From the NCBI GenBank assembly GCA_000004695.1, contig CM000152.2, forward strand, positions 2,592,001-2,656,000: a stretch of DNA of 64,000 nucleotides, in the 5' to 3' direction. Position numbers and translations under genes: made by a program. The notes below the pieces were generated by a model. The model was not told where the DNA came from. It searched no databases and was given only the letters and a program-made list of their open reading frames with translations. The DNA comes from Dictyostelium discoideum. Lineage: Eukaryota. Shown one piece after another: positions 30,501 through 40,687 of this stretch; the first letter of the stretch is position 1; every line of letters begins with the position of its first letter.

Positions 30501-30792
30501 TAATAATTGATTTTTATTCCCTCAAATAACTGACTTTTTTTTTTTATTTTTCATTTCCAAATCAGATTTTTCAATTCTTTTAAATTCAAATGTAAAAGAT
30601 AATGAAGAAACATGTGAAGATGAAACTAAAGATACAAAAATATCAACCACAACAATTATTGCGATCTGTGTATCAGTGGGGGGTGCTGCAATTATAGGTG
30701 CTGCTGGTTATCTTTTGTATAGAAAAAAGTTTGTTGAAGTTTTACCATCCTCAAAGTCAAATTCAAAATTAAAAAAACTAAATGTGAAATAA
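26546..30792 (+). CDS. Type I membrane glycoprotein, copy B, a tandem paralog of copy A. There are 10 exons: 26546..26627, 26697..26910, 26981..27109, 27219..27437, 27599..27745, 27835..28131, 28216..28314, 28408..28502, 28571..30487 and 30566..30792.
   Basis: The same exon/intron architecture and phases as copy A. The large exon (track ORF 28576..30510) is ~95% identical to A at the protein level, while the LRR exons are much more diverged. Intron 4 (27438..27598) is dominated by (ATT)n. The stop is TAA at 30790. Confidence 0.75.
27455..27595. repeat. (ATT)n microsatellite in the intron of the LRR-EGF gene, copy B.
   Basis: Direct reading; it yields the polyL stretch in the tail of track ORF 27196..27612. 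Confidence 0.9.
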
Positions 30793-31085
30793 GATTAAAA
30801 TAAAATATTATAATAAATTTAAAGACTATTACAAAAAAAGATTTACTTTTTTAACATCTCTTTTATATATCAAGGTCAGATAGGCTCATATAAGAGTGCT
30901 AAGATTTAACTAAGATTTAAAATACTTTGTTTTTCTTGTTAAGTTTTTGAATTTTTCAGAAGGGATAAGGTTAGATTGATTGTTTTTTTTTTATTTTTTG
31001 TTTAGAGGCAATCCACTTTATATTTTTGTTTGGTTAATCTTTTTAAAATGAAAAGAGCAATATTTGGTGAAAAATATCACAAATC

Positions 31086-31255
31086 GCCGCGATAGTATAG
31101 TGGTATTACTTCAGATTGGGAACCTTTGACCATAATTAAGAATTCTTTTATAGATCAAAAAAAAAATTTAGATTTAACATGCAAAGCAATATTATTATAA
31201 CTTTTTTAATTCAGGTGTGTACCCGTGAGATAGGGAATTGAACCTTTGATCAAGA
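31086..31255. pseudogene. tRNA-His-derived fragments. A plus-strand 5' half (31086..~31130, GCCGCGATAGTATAGTGGTATTACTTCAGATTGGG...) carries the same ~40-bp upstream flank as the intact gene. A minus-orientation 3'-half-like piece lies at ~31225..31255 (GGGAATTGAACCTTTGATCAAGAGGTC).
   Basis: Direct comparison shows 31047..31100 (AAAATGAAAAGAGCAAT-ATTTGGTGAAAAATATCACAAATCGCCGCGATAGTATAGTGG) matches the reverse complement of 31331..31390, which is the intact tRNA-His 5' end plus its upstream flank. The fragment lacks a T arm and cannot fold as a tRNA. Confidence 0.5.
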
Positions 31256-31273
31256 GGTCAAATTTTTAAAAAG

Positions 31274-31344
31274 TGCCGCGACCTGGAATCGAACCAGGGT
31301 CAACAGAGCCACAATCTGATGTACTACCACTATACTATCACGGC
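31274..31344 (-). tRNA. tRNA-His (anticodon GUG).
   Basis: The minus-strand sequence GCCGTGATAGTATAGTGGTAGTACATCAGATTGTGGCTCTGTTGACCCTGGTTCGATTCCAGGTCGCGGCA folds as a cloverleaf. It has a 7-bp acceptor stem (one G-U), a D arm, an anticodon loop CAGATTGTGGCT with GTG at positions 34-36, and a T arm GGTTCGATTCC. Confidence 0.85.
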
Positions 31345-31694
31345 AATTTGTGATATTTTTCATTTTAAATTGCTCTTCCCCATTTTCTTAATTAAAAAGA
31401 TTAAACGGCCATGGTGTGTCGGTTTGTAAATATTTAAAAAGATCAGATTTTAATTTCATCAAATTTATTATAATAAATGAGATTTATCTCAAGAAGCTAA
31501 TAATTGCATTATTCCTTTCAAAAGAAAATCGGGTTTTAATTTTTAAAATTGTTTAAAGTGAAAAAAACATCTTAATAATCTGAAAGGTGAAAGAAATAAA
31601 AGGAATTTAAAAAATAAAAGTTATTAAAGTTATGGTTATTTGTTGGAAAAAAAAATGAAAAAACTTAATCGCAAATATTTTATTATATATTAAT

Positions 31695-32706
31695 TTAATA
31701 TCTTAAGTAAGCAGCGCCTGAGCTTGAGCCTGAACCTGAACCTGAACCTGAACCGGTACCAGTCATTTGACCAGTAACGGATGGACCGCTGGTGACGGTG
31801 AAGTTAGCGTAGACAGAGTTAAAGGTGACACTGTGTTTGGCACCACAACTACCTTCACAGATCATTAATTGAACTTGGTAAACACCAGCTGGGAATTGTT
31901 CATCTTCAGATGGGGTGGCGGCGAATGAAAAACTAGTTGAGTATTGACCTGGTTGAGTGTTGACAATTAATTGAGCATCACCAAAACCATTTGAACCAGT
32001 TGGGTCAGTTACCATAACAGCAACTTCACCAGTACCGAGAGTTGATTCAACTTTGTAAGCAACACCAATGGTGAAAGTGGTACCGTGTGGACCAGAAGCT
32101 GGTGAAACATCGCTAGTTAAAACAGTGGCATTACTATTTTGATTTTTTGGGCAAACAGTTAATTCTTCACAAATCCAAACTGGATCAGCATCTTCACCAA
32201 TGTTATTGAAAACTTTAAGGAATTCATCAATACCAACGATATCACATAAAAGATTGCAAGCACCTAAAATTAATAAAATAAAAAATAAAAAAATAAAAAA
32301 AATAAAAAAAAAGTATTAAAATTTGTTTGAAGTATTAATAGTAAAAGTAATAATAAAAATAAGATTTTTTTTTTTTTGTTTTTTTTTTTTTTCTTAAATC
32401 TTACCTTGTTCAATATTATTTGGGAGTAATGAACAAACGGCACCACATGAAGTGGCAATACCACCTGAAATAATTTTTTCTAAATCACCCATATCGTTAT
32501 TGATGAAGTCGACGCTAATTAAAAAAAATAAAAAAATAAAAAAATAATAATATTAGATATAAAATGAAATATTATTATTTTTATAATTATTTTTTTTTTA
32601 TTTCTTTTTTTCACACATACCATGTTGGACATAAACTGAATTGGAGATCAGCTTTGACTAATGAAGCAATGAATAAAATAGCAATTGTGATATATTTAAT
32701 CATCAT
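31695..32706 (-). CDS. Saposin-like (SapB-type) secreted protein with a C-terminal Thr/Gly/Ser-rich tail. There are 3 exons: 32621..32706, 32405..32514 and 31695..32263.
   Basis: Exon 1 is M(M)IKYITIAILFIASLVKADLQFSLCPT with donor TG|GTATGT. The acceptor TTAATTAG| at 32515 gives Cys (TG+C) and continues VDFINNDMGDLEKIISGGIATSCGAVCSLLPNNIEQG; the donor is G|GTAAGA. The acceptor TTTTAG| at 32264 continues ACNLLCDIVGIDEFLKVFNNIGEDADPVWICEELTVCP..., giving six or more Cys in saposin spacing. The tail GSGSGSGSGSSSGAAYLRY* could be a GPI signal. The track ORF 32270..32464 is in the wrong frame. Confidence 0.75.
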
Positions 32707-33511
32707 TTTTTATATATATATTCTCTATGTTTTTGATAAAAAATGAAAAGAAAGAAAAAAAAAAAAAAAAAAAAAAAAATGAAAAAACGATTCAAAAAAA
32801 AAAAAAAAAAAAATAATAATAATAAAAAAAAATAAAAAAAAAAATAATTAAAAATATCTTGAGGTCGATGATTTCATTCACAATTGCACAAACCCATTTT
32901 TTTAAAAATTTGTGATTTTTTTTTTTTCCAATAATTTTTTTTTTTTTTTTTCAAAACGACTAATTTTTGTATGTGATTTTTTTTTTTTAAACAACTACCT
33001 TTTTGTATGTGATTTTTTATGATTTTTTTTTTTTCACTTTTTTTTATTTATTTATTTATTTTTCATTTTCCATAGTTCACGTATAAATGTCTTTTGAAAA
33101 TTGTTTAAAAAATAAATTGAGAATAAATAGATTTTTAAAAAAAAGATTGATTAAAATTGTATCAAAAAATAATTTTTTTATTCTTATCATTTCTTTTTTT
33201 TAATTTTTTATTATTTTATTATTTTATTATTTTATTAATTTTTATTTTTGTTTCTGAATTCTAATTAAATTTTTTATTTTTTTTATGAAACAAACTGCAA
33301 GAAAAAAAAAAAAAAAAAAAAAAAAAAATTAAAAAAAAAAAAAAATTTAATGTGGTAAACAAAATTTTATTTTTAGCTTTTTTTTGAATAAATTAAGTAC
33401 TTCTTCTGATAAAATGATTAAGAATTTCAATAGAAGGGACACTGGTATTCGAAGATATTATTGTGTAGTTTTGAGAACTTGTGGTGGTCGAGGAAATTAA
33501 TTCTGGTGGGT

Positions 33512-33616
33512 TTTGTTGGTGAATAATAATTATACTCAAATAAATAATAATATTTTATCAATTATTATGGCTTAAAATATTATTATTTATTTGAGTGTAA
33601 TTGTTATTCACCAACA
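33512..33616. repeat. 105-nt near-perfect hairpin. The arms are 45 nt each, with a 15-nt loop TCAATTATTATGGCT; the two arm positions that differ are T opposite G (G-U wobble pairs in an RNA fold).
   Basis: The left arm TTGTTGGTGAATAATAATTATACTCAAATAAATAATAATATTTTA and the reverse complement of the right arm differ only at two T/C positions. The flanks (33410-33510 and 33617-33700) are GC-richer than the intergenic background. Confidence 0.8.
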
Positions 33617-35143
33617 AAACATTATCATTTCGGCTTGAGATTTTAGGTCTTTTTGAAGCACGTAGTGGGACGTACCATTTAACTAAAAATTAAAGTTAGC
33701 ATCAAAATTTATTTAATTTTTAAAAATGATATAAATAAATTAATTATAAAAGTATATATACTAACATTTTTAAAAGGTTGTAGTTATTTCCAAAGAAAAT
33801 GATGGCGGTGAGGTCGAAAACAAGAGATCAGAGTTACCCAAACAAATTCAATCCCAGCACTTCACTTTGGTTGGTAAAATCACAGCAATCAAATCTGGTT
33901 ATGTTCCACAAATGAACAATAGTTTAAAAAGAGTGAGTGTTGAATTTCCTGCCTCTGTTGGTGATGTATTTATTAACAATTCTGGTTTCGTATGTATAAT
34001 TTCAACTTTTTTTTTTTTTTGAATTGGATAACGCAATTATTAGTTGCTTCTCCTTGAGATTCTAGATCTCATTTTATTTGTAGTTTTTACAGGGTCTCTA
34101 AAAGAGGGGTCACTTTTTTTTTTTTTTGTTTCAAATTTTGAATTGTATTATTACTTTTGATTAAAACATCTTTTTTGTCCAAACTTTTTTCTAAATCTTT
34201 TTTTATTTTATCATCAGCTTCATGATTGATGTTGATGACATATTTGAATTGTTTTTTTTTTATTTGAGTTTTATCCACAATTTCACTTATTTTTTGTAGG
34301 CATTTGTGTTGTTTGTAATTTTCATCTTATTTTCTTTCGATTTTTTTTATATTACTTTAAAAAGTTAAAAATCTGGAAATTTTCTGCAGCTCTTTGTGTT
34401 TTAATTAGTTCGCGTATGACTTGTTGTCTATGAATTATTATTTCTTTTTCATCGTGGATGAGTTTGTTTCTTTTGTGCCAAATTATATAATTTCAACAAT
34501 CTTATAAAATATATATAAAATATAATATACTTTATGTGAATACATTTTCCTGGCGGCTTCAACTTTATCAGAATGGGACATTTGTTCGATTCTTTCAGGA
34601 GTATATCTAAGTTTATTCATTATCATAAAAATAAAATGTTTTTTTTATCTATTAATTGTACAATTGTAATATTATAAATAAAATGGTAAATTTTTTGTTT
34701 TTTTCATTTTAAGGTGTCCTAAGTTTGTCATTAATTAAAAAAAAAATTAAAAATAAATTTATTTAATTTGAAATCTATGAAAATTAACTTTTATAGATTT
34801 GGATTGTTTATTTTTTATTTATTCCCATATAAAATTTAAAAAAAAAAAAAAAAAAAAAATCTTGCAATAAATTTAAAAAAAAAATACGAGTTTTTATTTT
34901 TTTTTATTTTTTTTATTTTTTTTTTTTTTTTTTTAATTTTTTTTTTTTTTTCCCATAAATCTTAAAAACATCACCATTTATTTTTTGTTTCTAAATTCTA
35001 GTTTAAAATTTAAATTTTTTTTTATTTTATTATTTATTTTATTTCACACCAAAATGTTCGTTAATATTCCGCGGAATCCCAAATAATAAATGATTCTATT
35101 TCATTTTAAATTAAAATAACAATAATAAAAAAAAAAACACTAT

Positions 35144-35182
<39 letters not shown>

Positions 35183-35201
35183 TTTCAATTCATAATTTTC
35201 A

Positions 35202-36062
35202 ATGAACAAAAATAAAATAATAATAATAGCAATATCTTTGTTTTTTATATATTATTTCTTTTTATCAAGTTCAATTAATAAAAATAATACCAATAACAAT
35301 AATAATTTAAATAATAATAACAATAATTATAATAATCATAATAATTTAACAATTCATCGAAAACAAAAAATGTCAAAATTATTTAATTCAATCTTTATTT
35401 CTCATGGAGCACCAAATCTTATCTTAGATCATTCGGATAAAACAAGAGAATTTTTAAAAACATTATCAAAAAATCATTATGGTTCAGTAAAACCAAAAGC
35501 AGTTTTATTAATATCTGTAAGTATTATTACTATTATTATTATTTTATTTATATATTTATATATTTTCAAAATTTTAATTTTTTTTTATTGTTATTATTAT
35601 TTTTATTTTTTTTTTTAAATAGGCGCATTGGGAAGAAAGAGAATTTACAATTCAAACTAAACCAGAACCAGATGTAATTTATGATTTCGGTGGATTTGAA
35701 CCAGAGATGTACAGAATGAAGTATCCAGCAAAAACATCACCAGAATTAATTGATAGAGTATCAGAATTATTTGCAAAAGCAAAGATACCATTAGGAAAAG
35801 ATAATAAACGTGGATATGATCATGGTGCTTGGATGCCAATGAAATTGGTATATCCAGAAGCTGATGTACCAATAGTTCAATTATCTATAAAAGAAAATTT
35901 AAATGCTGCTCAACATTTTCAAATTGGTACAATTTTAAGACCATTAAGAGAAGAAGGTTATTTAGTTTTAGCTAGTGGTGGATCTGTTCATAATTTAAGA
36001 GCAATTTTTGATCCAAAATATCATTTAGATCCATCTTGGGCTTCAAAGTAAATATTATTAAT

Positions 36063-36101
<39 letters not shown>

Positions 36102-36376
36102 TTAATAATTATTATTTATAAATTTATTTTAGTTTTGAAGCATGGTTACAAAATACAATTTGTGAAAAGAGTGGTAAAGAACGTGAGGATGAACTTTTAA
36201 AATATGAAAGTTTACCATATTATAAACTTGCACATCCACGTTCTGAACATTTAATACCAGTTTTTGTAGCAGCCGGTTGTGCATCACCAGATTCAAAAGG
36301 TGTTAGAGTACATGATTTTTGGAAAACACCAGTTTTTAGTGTTTCAAGTTATTTATTCAGTGAACCAAACAATTAA
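35202..36376 (+). CDS. Extradiol ring-cleavage dioxygenase, LigB/YgiD (DODA-like) family. There are 3 exons: 35202..35516, 35623..36047 and 36133..36376. The start is either the ATG at 35202 (with a hydrophobic and N-rich leader) or the in-frame ATG at 35370.
   Basis: Family motifs are present: FISHGAPNLIL, KPKAVLLIS|AHWE, DFGGFEPEMY, YPA...PEL, GYDHGAWMPMKL, DVPIVQLSI, LASGGSVHNL. The donors are TCT|GTAAGT and AA|GTAAAT (the latter creates the in-frame TAA that ends the track ORF at 36051). The acceptors are AAATAG| and TTTTAG|. The phases are consistent. Confidence 0.85.
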
Positions 36377-36469
36377 TAAATAAAAATAAATTATTTATTT
36401 TACACATATAATAATTGTTTTGTTTTTTTTTTTAAAAAATTTATTTATTTGTTTTTATTTTTTTATTTT

Positions 36470-38347
36470 TTAAAAATTAATAGAAAATAAAGAGTCATTA
36501 TCATAATCATCATTATTATTATTATTAAAATTTTGATAATCTTCTAATTTAATAAAAGGTAATAAACCAAATGATTCCCATAAAGGAATTTTATTTGGAT
36601 TATTATGATTTAAGAATTCTAAAATATTTAAAGATTGGAAATATTGACCTTCTAAAAGTTTATCAATTAAAATTTTATTTTCATTAGTGAAAATAGTTAA
36701 TTTTAATCCACCTAAATTTGAAAAATGTGAAATTAATTTTTTAGATAATGAATCACTTATATATGGTATTATGATAATTTGAAATAATACATAAAGTCTA
36801 TCACTATTTAAAATTATATCATCTGATGGTGATGATGATGATGATGGCAATGGCATACCTTTAAATTGTTGTTCATTTAAATTTATTTGACCAAAACCAT
36901 TTGAAAGTAATTTAAAAATATTATAATATTTAAATTGATTTAAACCAAAGATTAATTCAAAGAATGGATTAGTTTCAATACAATTTGAATGAGATAAAAG
37001 TTTTGCTAAACAATTTAATAATGTTGAACAATTAATTTCAAAAAATGAAATATTTGAAATGAAGAATAATAATTGTTTAATATTACCATCAATAAAATAT
37101 TTTTCAATAATTGATGATAATTCATTTAAATTTAATGGAATCTTAATTAATATATATTTGTTTGGGATTTTATATTTTTTTGAACATAATAAAACTGCCA
37201 AATCCTTTTCAATTTCATTATATTTTTTTAAATTATTTAATAAATAACTTGTAATTATTGAATTCTCACCAATCATATTACAAATTGAATTAAAATTTTT
37301 TAATAAATTATTATTATAATTATAATTATTATTATTTTTATTCTTTGATAATTTTACTAAATCATTAAAATTTTGAAATTTATAATTATTAAAATAATCT
37401 TTAAATTCTAATACCATTTTTAAAAATATTTTTCTATTCTCTATTGGTTTTGGTAAATCACAAAGAAAATCTAAATATATTTCATTGATATCAGGTGAGG
37501 TTGTTTTATAAAAATATTTATTTTTTAAAATTGGTAATAATAGTTTGAAAAGATATGGATATCCAATATGTTTATGATTTGGTAAAGATTTTCTTAATAA
37601 TAAAATACAACTATGATTATTTAATGGTTCATAAATTGCTGAAGGTCTTAAAATGTCTATCTTTTCATTGATTATATAAGTAACTAAATTTTCATAACCA
37701 AGATCTATTAAATCTGATATTTTATTTATTGTTAATGAAAAAGAGGTTAAATAATCATCAAAATACTTTAAATTATCATTCATAATTTTACATTTATAAT
37801 AATCATTTTCCATTAATTTTGGTTTAAAATAAATTTGATTTCTAATGATATCATTTTCTCTAATACATTTATATTTAAAAATGATTTTACTTTTTGTTGT
37901 TTTAAAAGAGTTTATATTAAATTCATTTAATTGAACATTATTCTTTTTTAACATTTCAATAATATAATCAGCATAATCTGGATCGTTAACTTCAAATGGA
38001 TTAATTGGTCTATTATTTGCAAATAATTTTAATTCTAACCATACAGTTTCATTCATTAATTTAAATAATGGTAACATTTGTTTATTAGTTTTAAAAATTT
38101 TTAAATTAATTATATCTGCCAATTCTTTTAATGAAATTCTTTCACCAAAAATTTCAACAATACTTGAATCATCTTTTTTAAATTTGAATTTAAATTTTGA
38201 AAATAATTTCTTTACTAAATTTAAATCATCATTTTCAATTGATACATTAATTAATTTACAAATTTTATTAAATGTTTCATTATTTCTTTTAAAAAATGCA
38301 TCATTATTTAACAAATTAAATAATTCATTCCTTATTTCATTTATTGA

Positions 38348-38407
<60 letters not shown>

Positions 38408-38968
38408 GTTATTATTATTATTATTATTATTATTAATATTATTATTATCATAAGAATTTAATAAAATTTCTATAATATCATCATTTGTTAATAAAATTTT
38501 AAAAAATTGATCATCACAATTAAATAACCACCTTAATTTATCAATTGATATAAATGGTATTAACTTGAATAAATGATTATTTTCACATTTTTCAATACCT
38601 TCTAATAATCTTGATTTAAAAGTAATACAAACTTTTTTAAATAAATCTATATCTAATTCTTTCCATTTTAATAACATTAAATATTGTTCCCAATTAAAAT
38701 CTAAATGAAATTTTATAATTTCATCATCATCATTAAAGTTTTTATTATTATTATTATTATTTATCAATAAATTTTTGGAATTTAAAAAATCATTAACTTT
38801 ATTTGATAATAATACTTGATTTTTTATTTTTATTATAAATTCTATTGATAATTCGTAATAGTTAAATCTTTCATAAAAAAGATTCTTATTTATTTTTTTT
38901 ATATTTTTAAATATTAAAAATCTTAAATATATATTTCTATAAACTTGTAAAAATAGATCTTCATTCAT
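36470..38968 (-). CDS. Hypothetical protein (832 aa), single exon, with a polyN tract. It is a paralog of the family member at 17748..21314.
   Basis: Uninterrupted 2.5-kb ORF. The N-terminal motif MNEDLFLQVYRNIYLRFLIFKNIKKINK is shared with the 17748 gene. It converges with the dioxygenase gene, leaving only 93 bp between the two stop codons. Confidence 0.7.
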
Positions 38969-38969
38969 T

Positions 38970-39015
<46 letters not shown>

Positions 39016-39221
39016 AAAAAAAAAAAAAAAAAAAAAGAAAAAAATAAGAAAAAAATTGAATATTTATTGATTACTTTTTATAAAAAATATCTGTTCAACA
39101 AATTTTTTTTTTTTTTATTAAACCATTTTATTTTTATTTTTATTTTTATTTTTTTTTTTTTTATTTTTTTTTTTTTTTTGGTTAAAGTATTAACAAGAAG
39201 TAAATAGTTTGCCTGTATCAA

Positions 39222-39861
39222 TTATTTTACTGCTTTCAACACTTTGGATTGTAATTGAAATGAATTGACCACTAATTGAATAATAATAATATTAGTTGGC
39301 CAATAATTATAAGTGGTTTGAGTTAGATTTACAAATTGTGAACTACCACTAAGTTTAATTGAAACTTGTTTTATATTAATTGCAGAATTAAAAATTAAAA
39401 AAGATGTCCAATAAGCATTACTTCCATCTTTCATCATAACTTTAACATTTCCAGTTACAGTACAGGGTACTTTTACATATGATAATCCATCTAATACACC
39501 CTTTGATTGTAATCCTAAAATTGAGAATGCATTTGGTGATAAACCAAAATGATTATCTCTTTGACAATATCCAGCTTCATTACATGAATCAGTGGCCATT
39601 ACTGTTACTGATGAACCATTAGAATTTGAAATTTTAAAACATTGGCCACATTGTGCACCTACAACAAATTTATTAAATAAAAATAATAATAATAATTTTT
39701 TAATGTTGATATTTTTTTTTTAAAAATTAATAAATTTAATTTATATTATAAACAAACCATTTTGATATAGCTTTGTACCTAATGCACAAATCAAATAATT
39801 TCCAGGACCAGTTGGGCCTGTCAACAAACCATATCCACAGTTTCCATTATCCATTGCACTA
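39222..39861 (-). CDS. Expansin-like protein (DPBB domain plus expansin C-terminal/CBM63-like domain), partial model. The last exon is 39222..39658. The preceding exon is ~39748..39861 and its 5' end is uncertain. The signal-peptide exon was not found.
   Basis: The translation is ...ASATFNSAMDNGNCGYGLLTGPTGPGNYLICALGTKLYQNG | AQCGQCFKISNSNGSSVTVMATDSCNEAGYCQRDNHFGLSPNAFSILG...VKVPCTVTGNVKVMMKDGSNAYWTSFLIFN...NYW. This matches the expansin motifs GACGYG..., GACG.C and HFDLS..AF. Intron: donor G|GTTTGT at 39747 (weak) and acceptor TTGTAG| at 39659 (phase 1). Upstream, the frame is closed by TGA at 39898, so an upstream exon must exist. Confidence 0.7.
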
Positions 39862-40002
39862 TTGAAAGTAGCTGAAGCACCATTAATTGATGATATTGAT
39901 TTTAATCATTTTTTAAAATTTTTTTTTGTAAATATTTAATTGTTTTAAATTATTTTTTGATTAGGTGCTTTGAAAAAAAAAAATTTAAATGGTTTATATA
40001 GG

Positions 40003-40054
<52 letters not shown>

Positions 40055-40481
40055 TAGTATTTATAATTATATGAATTTAAAATTCATAATAATTAATTTA
40101 TAGATTTCAAGATTAAAGTTAAAATTAAACATTTAAGACAATATTTTTCCCCAAACAAAAATAAAATCCATTCTTTTAATTTTTTTTTTTCAAACAGCAA
40201 ATTCTGAAATTTCTTATATAATCTTTTTGAAAAATAAAAATAAATTAAAAGTTATTTATTTGTAATATATTGAGATAGGTATTTTTTTTTTTTTTGTTGT
40301 ATTTTTATTATTTTTATTTAAGTTTCAACAAATGATTTATAATTTAAAAACCAATATGGATAAAATGTTTAATTTACAATTTGTTTTTTAATTTTTCCTA
40401 AAGCTTTGAAAATACTATTTTTTTTTGAATTGGAATTGAAAATACTATCAATATCGCTATTAAAAATTAAATTTTCAACAA

Positions 40482-40553
40482 GTTTCGATAGCTCAGTGGA
40501 AGAGCAAGCGACTGCAAATCGTTAGGTCGCCAGTTCAATCCTGGTTCGGAACT
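40482..40553 (+). tRNA. tRNA-Cys (anticodon GCA).
   Basis: The sequence GTTTCGATAGCTCAGTGGAAGAGCAAGCGACTGCAAATCGTTAGGTCGCCAGTTCAATCCTGGTTCGGAAC folds as a cloverleaf. It has a 7-bp acceptor stem, D-arm GCTC/GAGC, anticodon loop CTGCAAA (GCA at 34-36), and a T-loop TTCAATC. Confidence 0.85.
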
Positions 40554-40666
40554 TTCATTTTTAATTTTTTATTTTGTTTTAAATGATTGCCCCCTCTGTT
40601 TCCTCTCGATTTATCATATTTTCATTAAAATCTGACCATATTTAAAAGAGATTCAGTCATTTTAAA

Positions 40667-40687
40667 GTAAAATTATTATAAAAAAAA
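40667..40687. repeat. 5' target-site duplication of the TRE3-type element: GTAAAATTATTATAAAAAAA(A).
   Basis: An identical 20-mer recurs at 45936..45955, immediately after the element's poly(A). Confidence 0.8.

Noticed and set aside
32270-32464. Minus-strand ORF MVLPLHVVPFVHYSQIILNK listed by the track.
   Set aside because: It is the wrong reading frame of the saposin-like gene's middle exon; joining it to the next exon gives an immediate stop. The +1 frame gives the Cys-rich saposin pattern and splices in phase.
33412-33492. 26-codon ORF MIKNFNRRDTGIRRYYCVVLRTCGGRGN, considered as a possible small ribosomal protein gene (S29/L37-like Cys spacing).
   Set aside because: It aligns with none of the small ribosomal proteins I could recall and has no intron or exon continuation. 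It more likely belongs to the GC-rich flank of the hairpin, a non-coding transcript.
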